DNA of 64,000 nt from an uncultured archaeon. GTDB lineage: Archaea; Asgardarchaeota; Lokiarchaeia; Sigyniarchaeales; SOKP01. The notes under the pieces were generated by a model. The model ran no database searches and was not told the origin of the DNA. It saw only the letters and a program-made list of their open reading frames with translations. The stretch lies in contig CAZWEM010000001.1 in the NCBI GenBank assembly GCA_964632315.1, positions 32,001 to 96,000 on the forward strand, read 5' to 3'. Shown piece by piece: positions 10,257-19,376 of the stretch. The first letter of the stretch is position 1. Every line of letters starts with the position of its first letter. Made by a program: the position numbers and the translations under genes.

Positions 10257-11378
10257 TCATCCCTTTTGTAATATATTATCCATTATAATATTAAAGCTAA
10301 GAAATAATTGGTCTTGCTCTTCGTTTAATTCATCTAAATTGGTTAAAATATCTTTATAAAATGATTCAAATTGCTTTCTTATAAGTTTTAAAAGATGATT
10401 GCTACTGATTAAATCCTTTTTTACCATTAAAATATATACTAAAGATGAGGGATTTAATCCATACTCAAACTTAATAAGATTCTGATCTTGTTGAATTTTA
10501 TTTATTTTTTCTGCTTTTGTGTCTGTAATTAGAGAAATAATCTTTTCAATGCCAGAAATCCCTTTAGAAAAAATTTTATCTGGTACTTCAGACGAATTTT
10601 GGATCAAATCTAAAAAGTAAAGGGTCCTAAAATTATGACCATCAATAATAAAAAGTTTAAGTAAATTATCTCTCCATTCAAATTCATAAAAAGGAGGAAA
10701 GTCGTAAACTGAGAAGTATATGGTTACAAAACCAATAAATAGATCAATAATGCCAATAAAATACAATATTTGATTAATACTTGGAGAGAATATCTGTAAA
10801 CCAACTAATATAGCAAAGATTAAAGCAACAAAACTAATTATAGCCCCTATTAGGAATAATCGTACTTTCTTTTTGATCTGTCCTACAGACTTTCGAATTA
10901 AAATTATTTGAAAGCGGATAATATACAAACCATTTAGCACGACAAGGGATATACCAATAACTAATAATGGAGATTTTAATGAAGGAAGTATTAAAGTAAA
11001 GATAATAGGTATAAAGTTCAATATAAATAATGTTTTAGCCACATTTAAGTTAATAATTAATGAAAAATCTTTATTTATAATGAACATCGAGAAAGCAATG
11101 GTGGATGAGAATGCTAATATCCACCCAATCCGGTAGACAACCTCATAGATATCTTCATCCATGATAAAATTTCTCGCAATTTGAATCAATAGTGGTCCAA
11201 ACACGATAAAAATGATAAAAGAACCAAAGGCTAATAAAACTTTATTGAGTGGAAGATCTTTATCCTCGAGTTTCTTATATTGATAATAAAAGTATATCGC
11301 CAATTGAATGCCCATGATAACTGGGACTAAATAAGTGAGAAATTGCAATTCCTTATTATATTGTATTTGAATGAGCAT
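10257..11378 (-). CDS. Multi-TM membrane protein with C-terminal longin-like domain
   Basis: About 7 TM helices, then PPFYEFEW..NL.KLFII, FSKGISGIE.II; same architecture as its neighbour. Confidence 0.7.
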   Translation of the reverse strand: MLIQIQYNKELQFLTYLVPVIMGIQLAIYFYYQYKKLEDKDLPLNKVLLAFGSFIIFIVFGPLLIQIARNFIMDEDIYEVVYRIGWILAFSSTIAFSMFIINKDFSLIINLNVAKTLFILNFIPIIFTLILPSLKSPLLVIGISLVVLNGLYIIRFQIILIRKSVGQIKKKVRLFLIGAIISFVALIFAILVGLQIFSPSINQILYFIGIIDLFIGFVTIYFSVYDFPPFYEFEWRDNLLKLFIIDGHNFRTLYFLDLIQNSSEVPDKIFSKGISGIEKIISLITDTKAEKINKIQQDQNLIKFEYGLNPSSLVYILMVKKDLISSNHLLKLIRKQFESFYKDILTNLDELNEEQDQLFLSFNIIMDNILQKG

Positions 11379-11760
11379 GAATTTTAACTTAAAACAAGTA
11401 TAATTATTTTAATTTACCACTAAATCTTCATCAGATTAAATTTATATTATTAATACGAGATATTTAACTATTTAGATTAGATTTTGTATTTTCATTTCGT
11501 TCTCGACGATATCAGAGGATATCAATTCATCATTTTATCCAATATTTCACTAACCAAAAGGGTCTAAACCTTCAAAAATAGCTTAAACTTCTTAAAAGGG
11601 GAGAGGTTTAATCTTAAGGTAGCCAATTAATGTGATTTCTATAAATAGTCAATACTTGACCGTTCTATACATTCATCTAACTTAGACTTCTTAACAAACA
11701 ATAATTAGTGGAAAAATATATTTCGAATTTTCCTAAAATTTATAAAACCGCTCTTTCCTC

Positions 11761-12780
<1,020 letters not shown>

Positions 12781-12891
12781 TCATATTTTATTCTTTTTTC
12801 TAAGATTTTTAACTTATCATTAAATGTTTTAAATCCCTTTGATTTATGATTTTAATGGAGTAGGTTTTAATTTAGGAATGATCAATAAACA

Positions 12892-14289
12892 TTGATTATC
12901 ATGAATAAAATAACTAAAAACATATCAATTTCGTTTTTAATATATTTATTAGCGTTGCTAACCACAGGAACAATTTGTTTCACATTTTTCGTGCGAAGCA
13001 TACAAGCGGTTGATTTTCCGGGAGAATATTGGACAATTCCTTTAAGATTAGATGCCAATAATTTAAGCAGTTATACATCGAGCAATGATCATAGCATCGC
13101 TGTTGATACTAATGGATACATCCATCTCGTCGTCGAAGGGAAAAGTACCGAATACCCTTCAAGTGGAGAGATTTTTTATTGGACCAATATTGGTGGTACA
13201 TGGTCATGGCAAAATATAAGCAACGCAGATCAAGCGTCATTTGGTAATTCCAATCCAACAATCGCTTTAGACGCAAACAATAAAGCACACGTAGTTTGGG
13301 CGAGCGGACCGTTAGGCGTAAACAGAGACATAATGTATTCAAATAACGTAGGGGGCTCATGGACGACCCCTTATAATGTTACCCAAACTAATTCGACGGT
13401 ATATGAAGTATCGCCTACCATATCATTTGATTCGAACGGCGTGTTGCATATCGCCTATTTCGATGCAGCAAATTTTGATATCTATCACGTCAGTAAGGAT
13501 TTAAACGGTGTTTGGTCTGCACCCGAAAAAGTAAGTAATAATCCTTACAGCTATAACGCTATCAACCCAGCATTGAATCTTGAGATTGATTCACAAAATA
13601 ATCTCTATATATTATATTCGGCGAGTATTGGTGCAAGCCATTTGAAGATTTATCTAGTTGAGAATTCAGGAGAGGGTTGGACCGCTCCTTATAACGTATC
13701 TCAAATAAGCAGCATAGGTAATGATTGGAACGATTATTCATCATTTGCCATAGATAATGATGATAATATTCATATTGCGTGGGGGTATCGTAACGAAGCT
13801 TTGACCCTTTCTGGTGTTATATATGCTGAAAAAATAGGTGGAATATGGAGTGAGACAGTTTTCTTAAACGCCACATCATTTAACGTAGGCTCCCTTTCTA
13901 TCACCACCGACTTAGAGAATCACGTTCATTTAGCCTATCAACAAGAACAAAAATCACTTGTGGATTATGAAATTTATTACACGAATAATGTTAACGGTCA
14001 TTTCATGCAACCAGTAAACGTTACTCGAACCCCTAATAACAGTGAGTCAGCGCCAAGGATCGTGATTGATAACACTGGATACGTTAACATGATCTATTAT
14101 AAGACTACAACTTATAATAGTGTCCGATTTGTTAAAAGTGCATTACCCGTAGCACCAGAAACGCCTGCTGTATCACCAACGGGATTGCGAATTCCTGGAT
14201 TCGAAATGAGTATTCTGATTACATTCAGTTTGATCTGTGTTGGAATTCTAATACGTAAATCACAAATTAAGAAAATAAATAATAATTAA
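12892..14289 (+). CDS. Surface protein with beta-propeller-like repeats and PGF-type C-terminal sorting signal
   Basis: Signal peptide; about 7 repeats of P.IA.D.NG..H..(W/Y)...I.Y....GG.W..P.NV; IPGF + TM helix + basic tail. Confidence 0.75.
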   Translation: MIIMNKITKNISISFLIYLLALLTTGTICFTFFVRSIQAVDFPGEYWTIPLRLDANNLSSYTSSNDHSIAVDTNGYIHLVVEGKSTEYPSSGEIFYWTNIGGTWSWQNISNADQASFGNSNPTIALDANNKAHVVWASGPLGVNRDIMYSNNVGGSWTTPYNVTQTNSTVYEVSPTISFDSNGVLHIAYFDAANFDIYHVSKDLNGVWSAPEKVSNNPYSYNAINPALNLEIDSQNNLYILYSASIGASHLKIYLVENSGEGWTAPYNVSQISSIGNDWNDYSSFAIDNDDNIHIAWGYRNEALTLSGVIYAEKIGGIWSETVFLNATSFNVGSLSITTDLENHVHLAYQQEQKSLVDYEIYYTNNVNGHFMQPVNVTRTPNNSESAPRIVIDNTGYVNMIYYKTTTYNSVRFVKSALPVAPETPAVSPTGLRIPGFEMSILITFSLICVGILIRKSQIKKINNN

Positions 14290-14414
14290 TTGATCTCCTT
14301 CTTTTTTTCCTACCACATCGGTTATTCCTTAATTATCAATTTTGGTCGCTCCTCGACCGCGATTTAACATTTACATCTGAAGGTTGCGGCTCTTTTTGAT
14401 ACTCCTCATCTTTG

Positions 14415-14579
14415 TTATCTGATAAATCTAACTTTAATTACTTCTGTTTTATAATTGAAAAATGTTCTAAGTTGACGAGAAAGTTCTTTAATTTTTTTTA
14501 AGCCCTCAATTTCATACAAATTTCCGATGGTTTCATCAAATTCGGATTCAAAAGAAGTATCTTCAATATAATCATTCAT
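14415..14579 (-). pseudogene. Short 54-aa ORF or gene remnant, possibly frameshifted
   Basis: MNDYIEDTSFESEFDETIGNLYEIEGLKKIKELSRQL...; a coding-like continuation (LDLSDNKDEEYQKEPQ...) lies in another frame. Confidence 0.3.
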
Positions 14580-14749
14580 AATTTTTGAGTAAAAATCTTT
14601 TACTACCTAATTAACACGGTTATATTTAAAGGGCAAAAAACAAAAATCAGTATTTTTCTTTTTGACCATATTTGACTTAATAAAGTTTAAATCAGTTTAG
14701 ATGAAAAATCAATTAATAAAAAATAATAAAAAGGAATTAGTGAAAAAAA

Positions 14750-16068
14750 ATGTCAAAACCTAAAGTTGCAATAATTGGAATAGGGATTACACCTTTTAAA
14801 GCAAGATATTTAGACAAAACCTATTTTGAACTCGCTTACGACGCCACAAAATTGACTTTAGATGATGCAAATAAAAATGGAGCGGAGATAAGCCATAAAG
14901 ATTTACAATCAACAGTATATGGGATATATAACGAGTTATTTGAGAGGCAATTCATGCCGGATATCTTTACTAATAGCTATCTGGGAATGAATGATAAACC
15001 AGGTACAAGAGTAGCGACTGGAGGTGCTACCGGAGGTTATACTGTTAGGATGGCTTATGCTGAAGTTGCTTCGGGATTGTCAGATCTATGCTTATGCCTC
15101 GGTTTGGAAAAATGTAATGATTGTTATGATGATCAAACTGGTGCTACAACACCAGAAGTACTTAACGCCATTGCCTATAGCGCGGATATGACGTATATTA
15201 TATAGTACATCTATATGAGCGGAAGAATATCCGATGGGAAAATACTACTTGGATTTACCAAATATCCCCATTGATGGCAGCCTCATCATACGTGTCAATG
15301 GTAAATGCTCATTATGAAGAATTCGGAAATCCTACTGAGGAACAGATGGCATGTGTTAGTGTAAAAAATCATGGAAATGCAAGGTTGAATCCGAAATCAC
15401 AGTCTCCGATGAAGATTACCGTGGAAGACGTCATGAACTCCCGGATAATATGTTATCCCTTCAAGATGTTAGATTGTTGTTTATATTCGGAAGCCTCAGC
15501 TGCTTTAATACTAGCAAGTGAGGAAAAGGTAAAAGAACTTGGTGTTGAAAAACCAATTTGGATTACAGGTGTGGGCGCAGCTAATACAGATTGCTTCATC
15601 GGGAATCGAGAAGATATGGGCCGTCTTTATTCGAATATTTATGCCGCCAAATCTGCGTATAAGATGGCAGGATTAGATTATAATAATATAAAGCAGCAGA
15701 TCGACTTGGCAGAACTACATGATGCGTTTTCGGGACAAGAAGTCATATCCTATGAAGAGTTAGGATTTGTACCTTTTGGTGAGGGAGGTTCATGGATTGA
15801 AAAGACGTTTGAAAAATCGGGAGAAGGACCATGGATAGATGGAGAGTTGCCCTGTTGCCCTTCAGGCGGGCTTATTGGATGTGGCCACGCGGTGGGCGCT
15901 ACAGGCATTATGAGTACTGGAGAAGCAGCTTTACAATTAAGAAGAGATGCCGGAAAGCATCAGGTACAGATCGAAAAAGGGAGGGCAATTTCTCATTCGA
16001 TTGGAGGACCTGGAGCAGCATATGCTGCTATAATTGTAATGGAAAATGAGGAGGGTCTAAAAAAATGA
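14750..16068 (+). CDS. SCP2-type thiolase-family protein interrupted by two micro-introns; predicted join(14750..15196,15225..15240,15272..16068), 419 aa
   Basis: N-half VAIIGIG, RVATGGATGG, LGLEK; C-half VSVKNH.NA..NP, LDCC, ELHDAF, SGGLIGCGHAVGATG; removing 28+31 nt restores the frame and the D-x3-E-x-P-x-G motif of paralogue 36674-38095. Confidence 0.85.
15197..15224 (+). other. Putative BHB-type mRNA intron 1 (28 nt)
   Basis: 8-bp intron stem UUAUAUAG/CUAUAUGA, 5' bulge AUA, central helix ACGU/GCGG (one A.G mismatch), 3' bulge AAG, exon stem CGGAUAU/AUAUCCG; contains in-frame TAG. Confidence 0.75.
15241..15271 (+). other. Putative BHB-type mRNA intron 2 (31 nt)
   Basis: Central helix UGGG/CCCC (one U.C mismatch), bulges AAA and AUU, intron stem AUA/UAU plus UUGG/CCAA; removal gives GGA A|UG AUG. 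Confidence 0.7.
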
Positions 16069-16556
16069 CGGATTTTCAAGATCACCAAATACGTGATAGG
16101 ATCAAAATAGAGTATATGTACACAATGGGCGGGCAATCAAAATTCTTCATTGAATTAATGAAGAATAAAAAGCTTTTGGGGACTAAATGTAAAAAATGTG
16201 GAAAGACATGGATGCCTCCTCGAATTAATTGTTCTGATTGTTACGAACCCGCTGATTGGATTGAACTTAAACAAACGGGAACGATTGAAGTTAGTACAAT
16301 TGTTTGGTACACTACTTCTGCTTTCATTAAAGCCGTGCCTTACGGAATTGGATTCATAAAACTAGATGGAGCAGAAACTGCTTTGTTTCAAGGAATCTTT
16401 TCCGAGAATTTAGTTCCTTCAAAAATAAAGAAAGGAAAAAGGGTCAAAGCGGTATTTAACAAGGAAAGAGAAGGAAAGATGACCGATTTCTTTTTTGTAC
16501 CAGAAGATGAATATGAAAATTGGATTTCAAAACCAGAATTTGAAGGAGGGATGTAA
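16065..16556 (+). CDS. Zn-ribbon/OB-fold (DUF35) thiolase partner
   Basis: CKKC...PPR..CSDC, IKLDGA; ATGA overlap with the thiolase gene. Confidence 0.9.
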   Translation: MTDFQDHQIRDRIKIEYMYTMGGQSKFFIELMKNKKLLGTKCKKCGKTWMPPRINCSDCYEPADWIELKQTGTIEVSTIVWYTTSAFIKAVPYGIGFIKLDGAETALFQGIFSENLVPSKIKKGKRVKAVFNKEREGKMTDFFFVPEDEYENWISKPEFEGGM

Positions 16557-16558
16557 AA

Positions 16559-16924
16559 ATGGCGAAAGCAAAAGAGAAGTTAAATGCTATAGTAGATAAG
16601 ATCAATTCTAATCCTAAGGCTCAAGCTGTTTTTGTAACTAATATCACAGGAAAAGATGTTGATTGGGAGATGTCATTCCAGTTTAATCTTGATAATGAGA
16701 ATCCCTTCTACTTAGAAATTAAAAGCAAGGCTGCTCATATTATAGTGGGGACAAAAAATGATGCTGAAATTGTTATGTCAGGGAATCCTGATGCTATAAT
16801 AAAAATCTGCGAAGGGAAGGGAGATTTTACCCACGCAATATCTCGTGAACATATCACTGTCGAAAAAGGAAAGGTTATGGATGTAATCCGCCTAACGAGA
16901 GCAATTACAATTGTGTTAAAATAA
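16559..16924 (+). CDS. SCP2 sterol-carrier-like protein
   Basis: FQFNL...FYLEI......GT...AEI.M.G...........F..A....ITV..G pattern; operon context. Confidence 0.7.
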   Translation: MAKAKEKLNAIVDKINSNPKAQAVFVTNITGKDVDWEMSFQFNLDNENPFYLEIKSKAAHIIVGTKNDAEIVMSGNPDAIIKICEGKGDFTHAISREHITVEKGKVMDVIRLTRAITIVLK

Positions 16925-16950
16925 TTTCTTTTTTTAGATTTTTTGTTTAC
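16925..16950 (+). terminator. Oligo-T terminator of the thiolase-DUF35-SCP2 operon
   Basis: tttctttttttagattttttgttt right after the stop. Confidence 0.5.
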
Positions 16951-17078
16951 TTATTTATTAGCCTAAGAATCCAAAGTTTTATTAATTAACTCGTTAAATA
17001 TGTCATTATTGAAATTTATCTTAAAACAAAATCTAAAATACAAATAATAAATAAGAAATACTACGAGGTATTCGTCAC

Positions 17079-17885
17079 ATGAAAAGAGAATATGCCGTAT
17101 TAGGTATGGTAATTTTGTTTATAGTAGGGGGCTTAATTGGATGGTTAATTCCAGGATTATTTACTACTTCTCCAACTCAAACACCATTGCTTGATCAAAT
17201 CCAATCTCGTGGGTATATTAATGTTGGAACTAGTGCTGATTATCCTCCATTCGAAAATAAAACTTATCCGGGAGGAGTGATCGTTGGATTTGATATTGAC
17301 CTTTCACAGATGATCGCTGATGAAATTGGTGTTGATCTCCAAATGGTAGATATGGATTTTGATTCTTTAATTGGAGGTTGTCAAGCAGGGACTATTGATA
17401 TGATCGCTGCTGCAATGACTTATACTACTGAACGTGCAAAACAAATCGATCCGTCCATTACTTACATCACTTCGAGGTCAGTTGTGATTGTAAAAAACAG
17501 TTCTCTCCTAACTATTACCAGTTTAGATAATCTCACGGATTATACAATTGGAGTCCAATCAGGAACCGTGATGCAACAAGAACTCGAAGATTTAGGTATG
17601 ACTTATCCGGATCTCGTGGCATATCCTAGAGCCACAGATTTAATGGAAAATCTGGATCTTGGAACAGTCGATGCTGTATATGTAGATGGTCCAATATTCA
17701 CTGCTTATTCAGCCACATATGCCATTAAGATCATTTATAGTAGTGAACCCGACCCTCTCGCTTTATGGGTAAGACACGGACAACCTACTCTCTTATATCA
17801 AATAAACAAAGTCATCTTTGATAGTTATCAAGATGGATCAATGGTTACACTTATAAATAAATGGTTTGGGAACGTAACAGCATAA
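17079..17885 (+). CDS. Polar amino acid ABC transporter substrate-binding protein
   Basis: N-terminal TM; VGTSADYPPFE, GFDIDL, T.ER, IGVQSGT. Confidence 0.92.
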   Translation: MKREYAVLGMVILFIVGGLIGWLIPGLFTTSPTQTPLLDQIQSRGYINVGTSADYPPFENKTYPGGVIVGFDIDLSQMIADEIGVDLQMVDMDFDSLIGGCQAGTIDMIAAAMTYTTERAKQIDPSITYITSRSVVIVKNSSLLTITSLDNLTDYTIGVQSGTVMQQELEDLGMTYPDLVAYPRATDLMENLDLGTVDAVYVDGPIFTAYSATYAIKIIYSSEPDPLALWVRHGQPTLLYQINKVIFDSYQDGSMVTLINKWFGNVTA

Positions 17886-17889
17886 ATAA

Positions 17890-18582
17890 ATGAGGATTAT
17901 GGCGGTACCAAACCTCTTTGATATTTTTTTTTATATTATTTTCCAAGGACTACCTCACACCTTATTATTGACTTTTTTAGGCCTTTTAGGTGGTTTTGTA
18001 TTAGGAATTGTATTAGCATTGATGCGAGTTTATGGTAGTAAAGAGCTACAATGGATAGCGAGTGGATACGAAAAGGTTATGCGAGGAATACCTATTTTAG
18101 TTTTAATATATATACTATTATTTGGAGTTCCAGGTTTATTTTTTTTTATCGATCTTCGACTCTTACCATTGTTCTCAGTAATTTTAGCGCTAGCTCTCCG
18201 AAGTGCTGCTTATCAATCCCAAATTTTTCGATCAGCAATCTTATCTGTGAACCCTGGACAGTTGGAAGCGGCCCTATCTATAGGAATGAGCAAATTACAG
18301 GCGTTTAGGAATATTATATTTCCACAAGCTTTAAGATTGGCTATACCAAGTTGGTCGAACGAGTATGCTGTAGTTATTAAAGATTCTTCTTTTGCCTATG
18401 GAGTTGGAATAGTAGAAATCACAAAGGCATCATACGATTTAGGTGTAGGGTTTCATCAATTGAGGATTATAACCTTATTCGTTGGAGCATTCTTTTATTT
18501 AGCATTAACATACCCCGTCACCAGAATTATTGGAGAACGCCAATCGAAGAAATTAAAAAATTTAGGTATGGGAGGTGGTTAA
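17890..18582 (+). CDS. Polar amino acid ABC transporter permease
   Basis: RGIPILV, SAAYQSQIFR, GQLEAALSIGM, IKDSS. Confidence 0.92.
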   Translation: MRIMAVPNLFDIFFYIIFQGLPHTLLLTFLGLLGGFVLGIVLALMRVYGSKELQWIASGYEKVMRGIPILVLIYILLFGVPGLFFFIDLRLLPLFSVILALALRSAAYQSQIFRSAILSVNPGQLEAALSIGMSKLQAFRNIIFPQALRLAIPSWSNEYAVVIKDSSFAYGVGIVEITKASYDLGVGFHQLRIITLFVGAFFYLALTYPVTRIIGERQSKKLKNLGMGGG

Positions 18583-18584
18583 AA

Positions 18585-19376
18585 TTGGATGAGGTCGTGT
18601 TGCGTATACATAATTTATATAAGTCCTATGATGATTTAGAAGTACTTAAGGGTATTTCATTTGAATTAGCACGTCAAGAAGTTAAGGTAATTTTTGGTCC
18701 GAGTGGATCTGGGAAAAGTACTCTCTTAAGATGCATTAATATGTTGGATCCTCCTGACGAAGGCGAGATTTTTCTTTCGGGACAAAATATAACCGCATCT
18801 GGTATTAATCTGAATTCAGTAAGAACCAAAATAGGGATGGTGTTTCAACATTTTAATCTATTTTCTCATTTAAAAGCAGTAGATAATGTGAGCATCGGTC
18901 TACGCAAGGTAAAAAAATTACCAAAGGAAGTAGCTCAAAAAAAAGCACTTGAAGCCTTGGATCGTGTTAGATTGAAAGATTGGGCAAATCATTATCCTGC
19001 TCAGTTATCTGGAGGTCAACAACAACGAGTAGGAATAGCGAGAGCTTTAGCTATGGAACCAGAAGTGATCTTATTCGATGAACCAACATCAGCATTAGAT
19101 CCAGAATTGATCGGTGAAGTTCTCCAAACAATGTTAGATTTAGCAAAATCTGGAACAACCATGATTGTTGTCACTCACGAAATGGGATTTGCGAGGGCGG
19201 TTGCTTCTGAAATGATTTATATAGGGGATGGAGTCGTAGAGGAACGAGGAACACCTCAACATTTTTTTACTTCACCTAACTCTGATAGAGTGAAACGTTT
19301 CCTAAACCAATTAAACACTCTGTATGGAACTCATGAACAACTTTTACAAACAGGTGACGAGGAGAATTACAAATAA
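18585..19376 (+). CDS. Polar amino acid ABC transporter ATPase (GlnQ-like)
   Basis: GPSGSGKS, LSGGQQQRV, LFDEPTSALDPE, VTHEMGFA. Confidence 0.95.
   Translation: MDEVVLRIHNLYKSYDDLEVLKGISFELARQEVKVIFGPSGSGKSTLLRCINMLDPPDEGEIFLSGQNITASGINLNSVRTKIGMVFQHFNLFSHLKAVDNVSIGLRKVKKLPKEVAQKKALEALDRVRLKDWANHYPAQLSGGQQQRVGIARALAMEPEVILFDEPTSALDPELIGEVLQTMLDLAKSGTTMIVVTHEMGFARAVASEMIYIGDGVVEERGTPQHFFTSPNSDRVKRFLNQLNTLYGTHEQLLQTGDEENYK

Noticed and set aside
14344-14358. GGTCG-CTCCT-CGACC hairpin as an ncRNA or element end
   Set aside because: Only 5 bp with no supporting structure; could be chance.
15197-15255. A single 59-nt insertion or intron
   Set aside because: It restores the frame but gives YQISPL instead of the conserved E-x-P-x-G, and its ends do not form a BHB.
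15181-15273. Thiolase split explained by stop readthrough (Pyl/Sec) or one -1 frameshift
   Set aside because: The halves are in different frames, so readthrough fails. A -1 shift is formally possible (downstream frame open from 15181) but adds about 20 unrelated residues, loses EYPMG and has no slippery heptamer.
14750-16068. Pseudogene, IS footprint or spliceosomal introns
   Set aside because: No other lesions, no clear target-site duplications or terminal repeats, no GT-AG ends, and too short for group I/II introns. A pseudogene cannot be fully excluded without RNA data.
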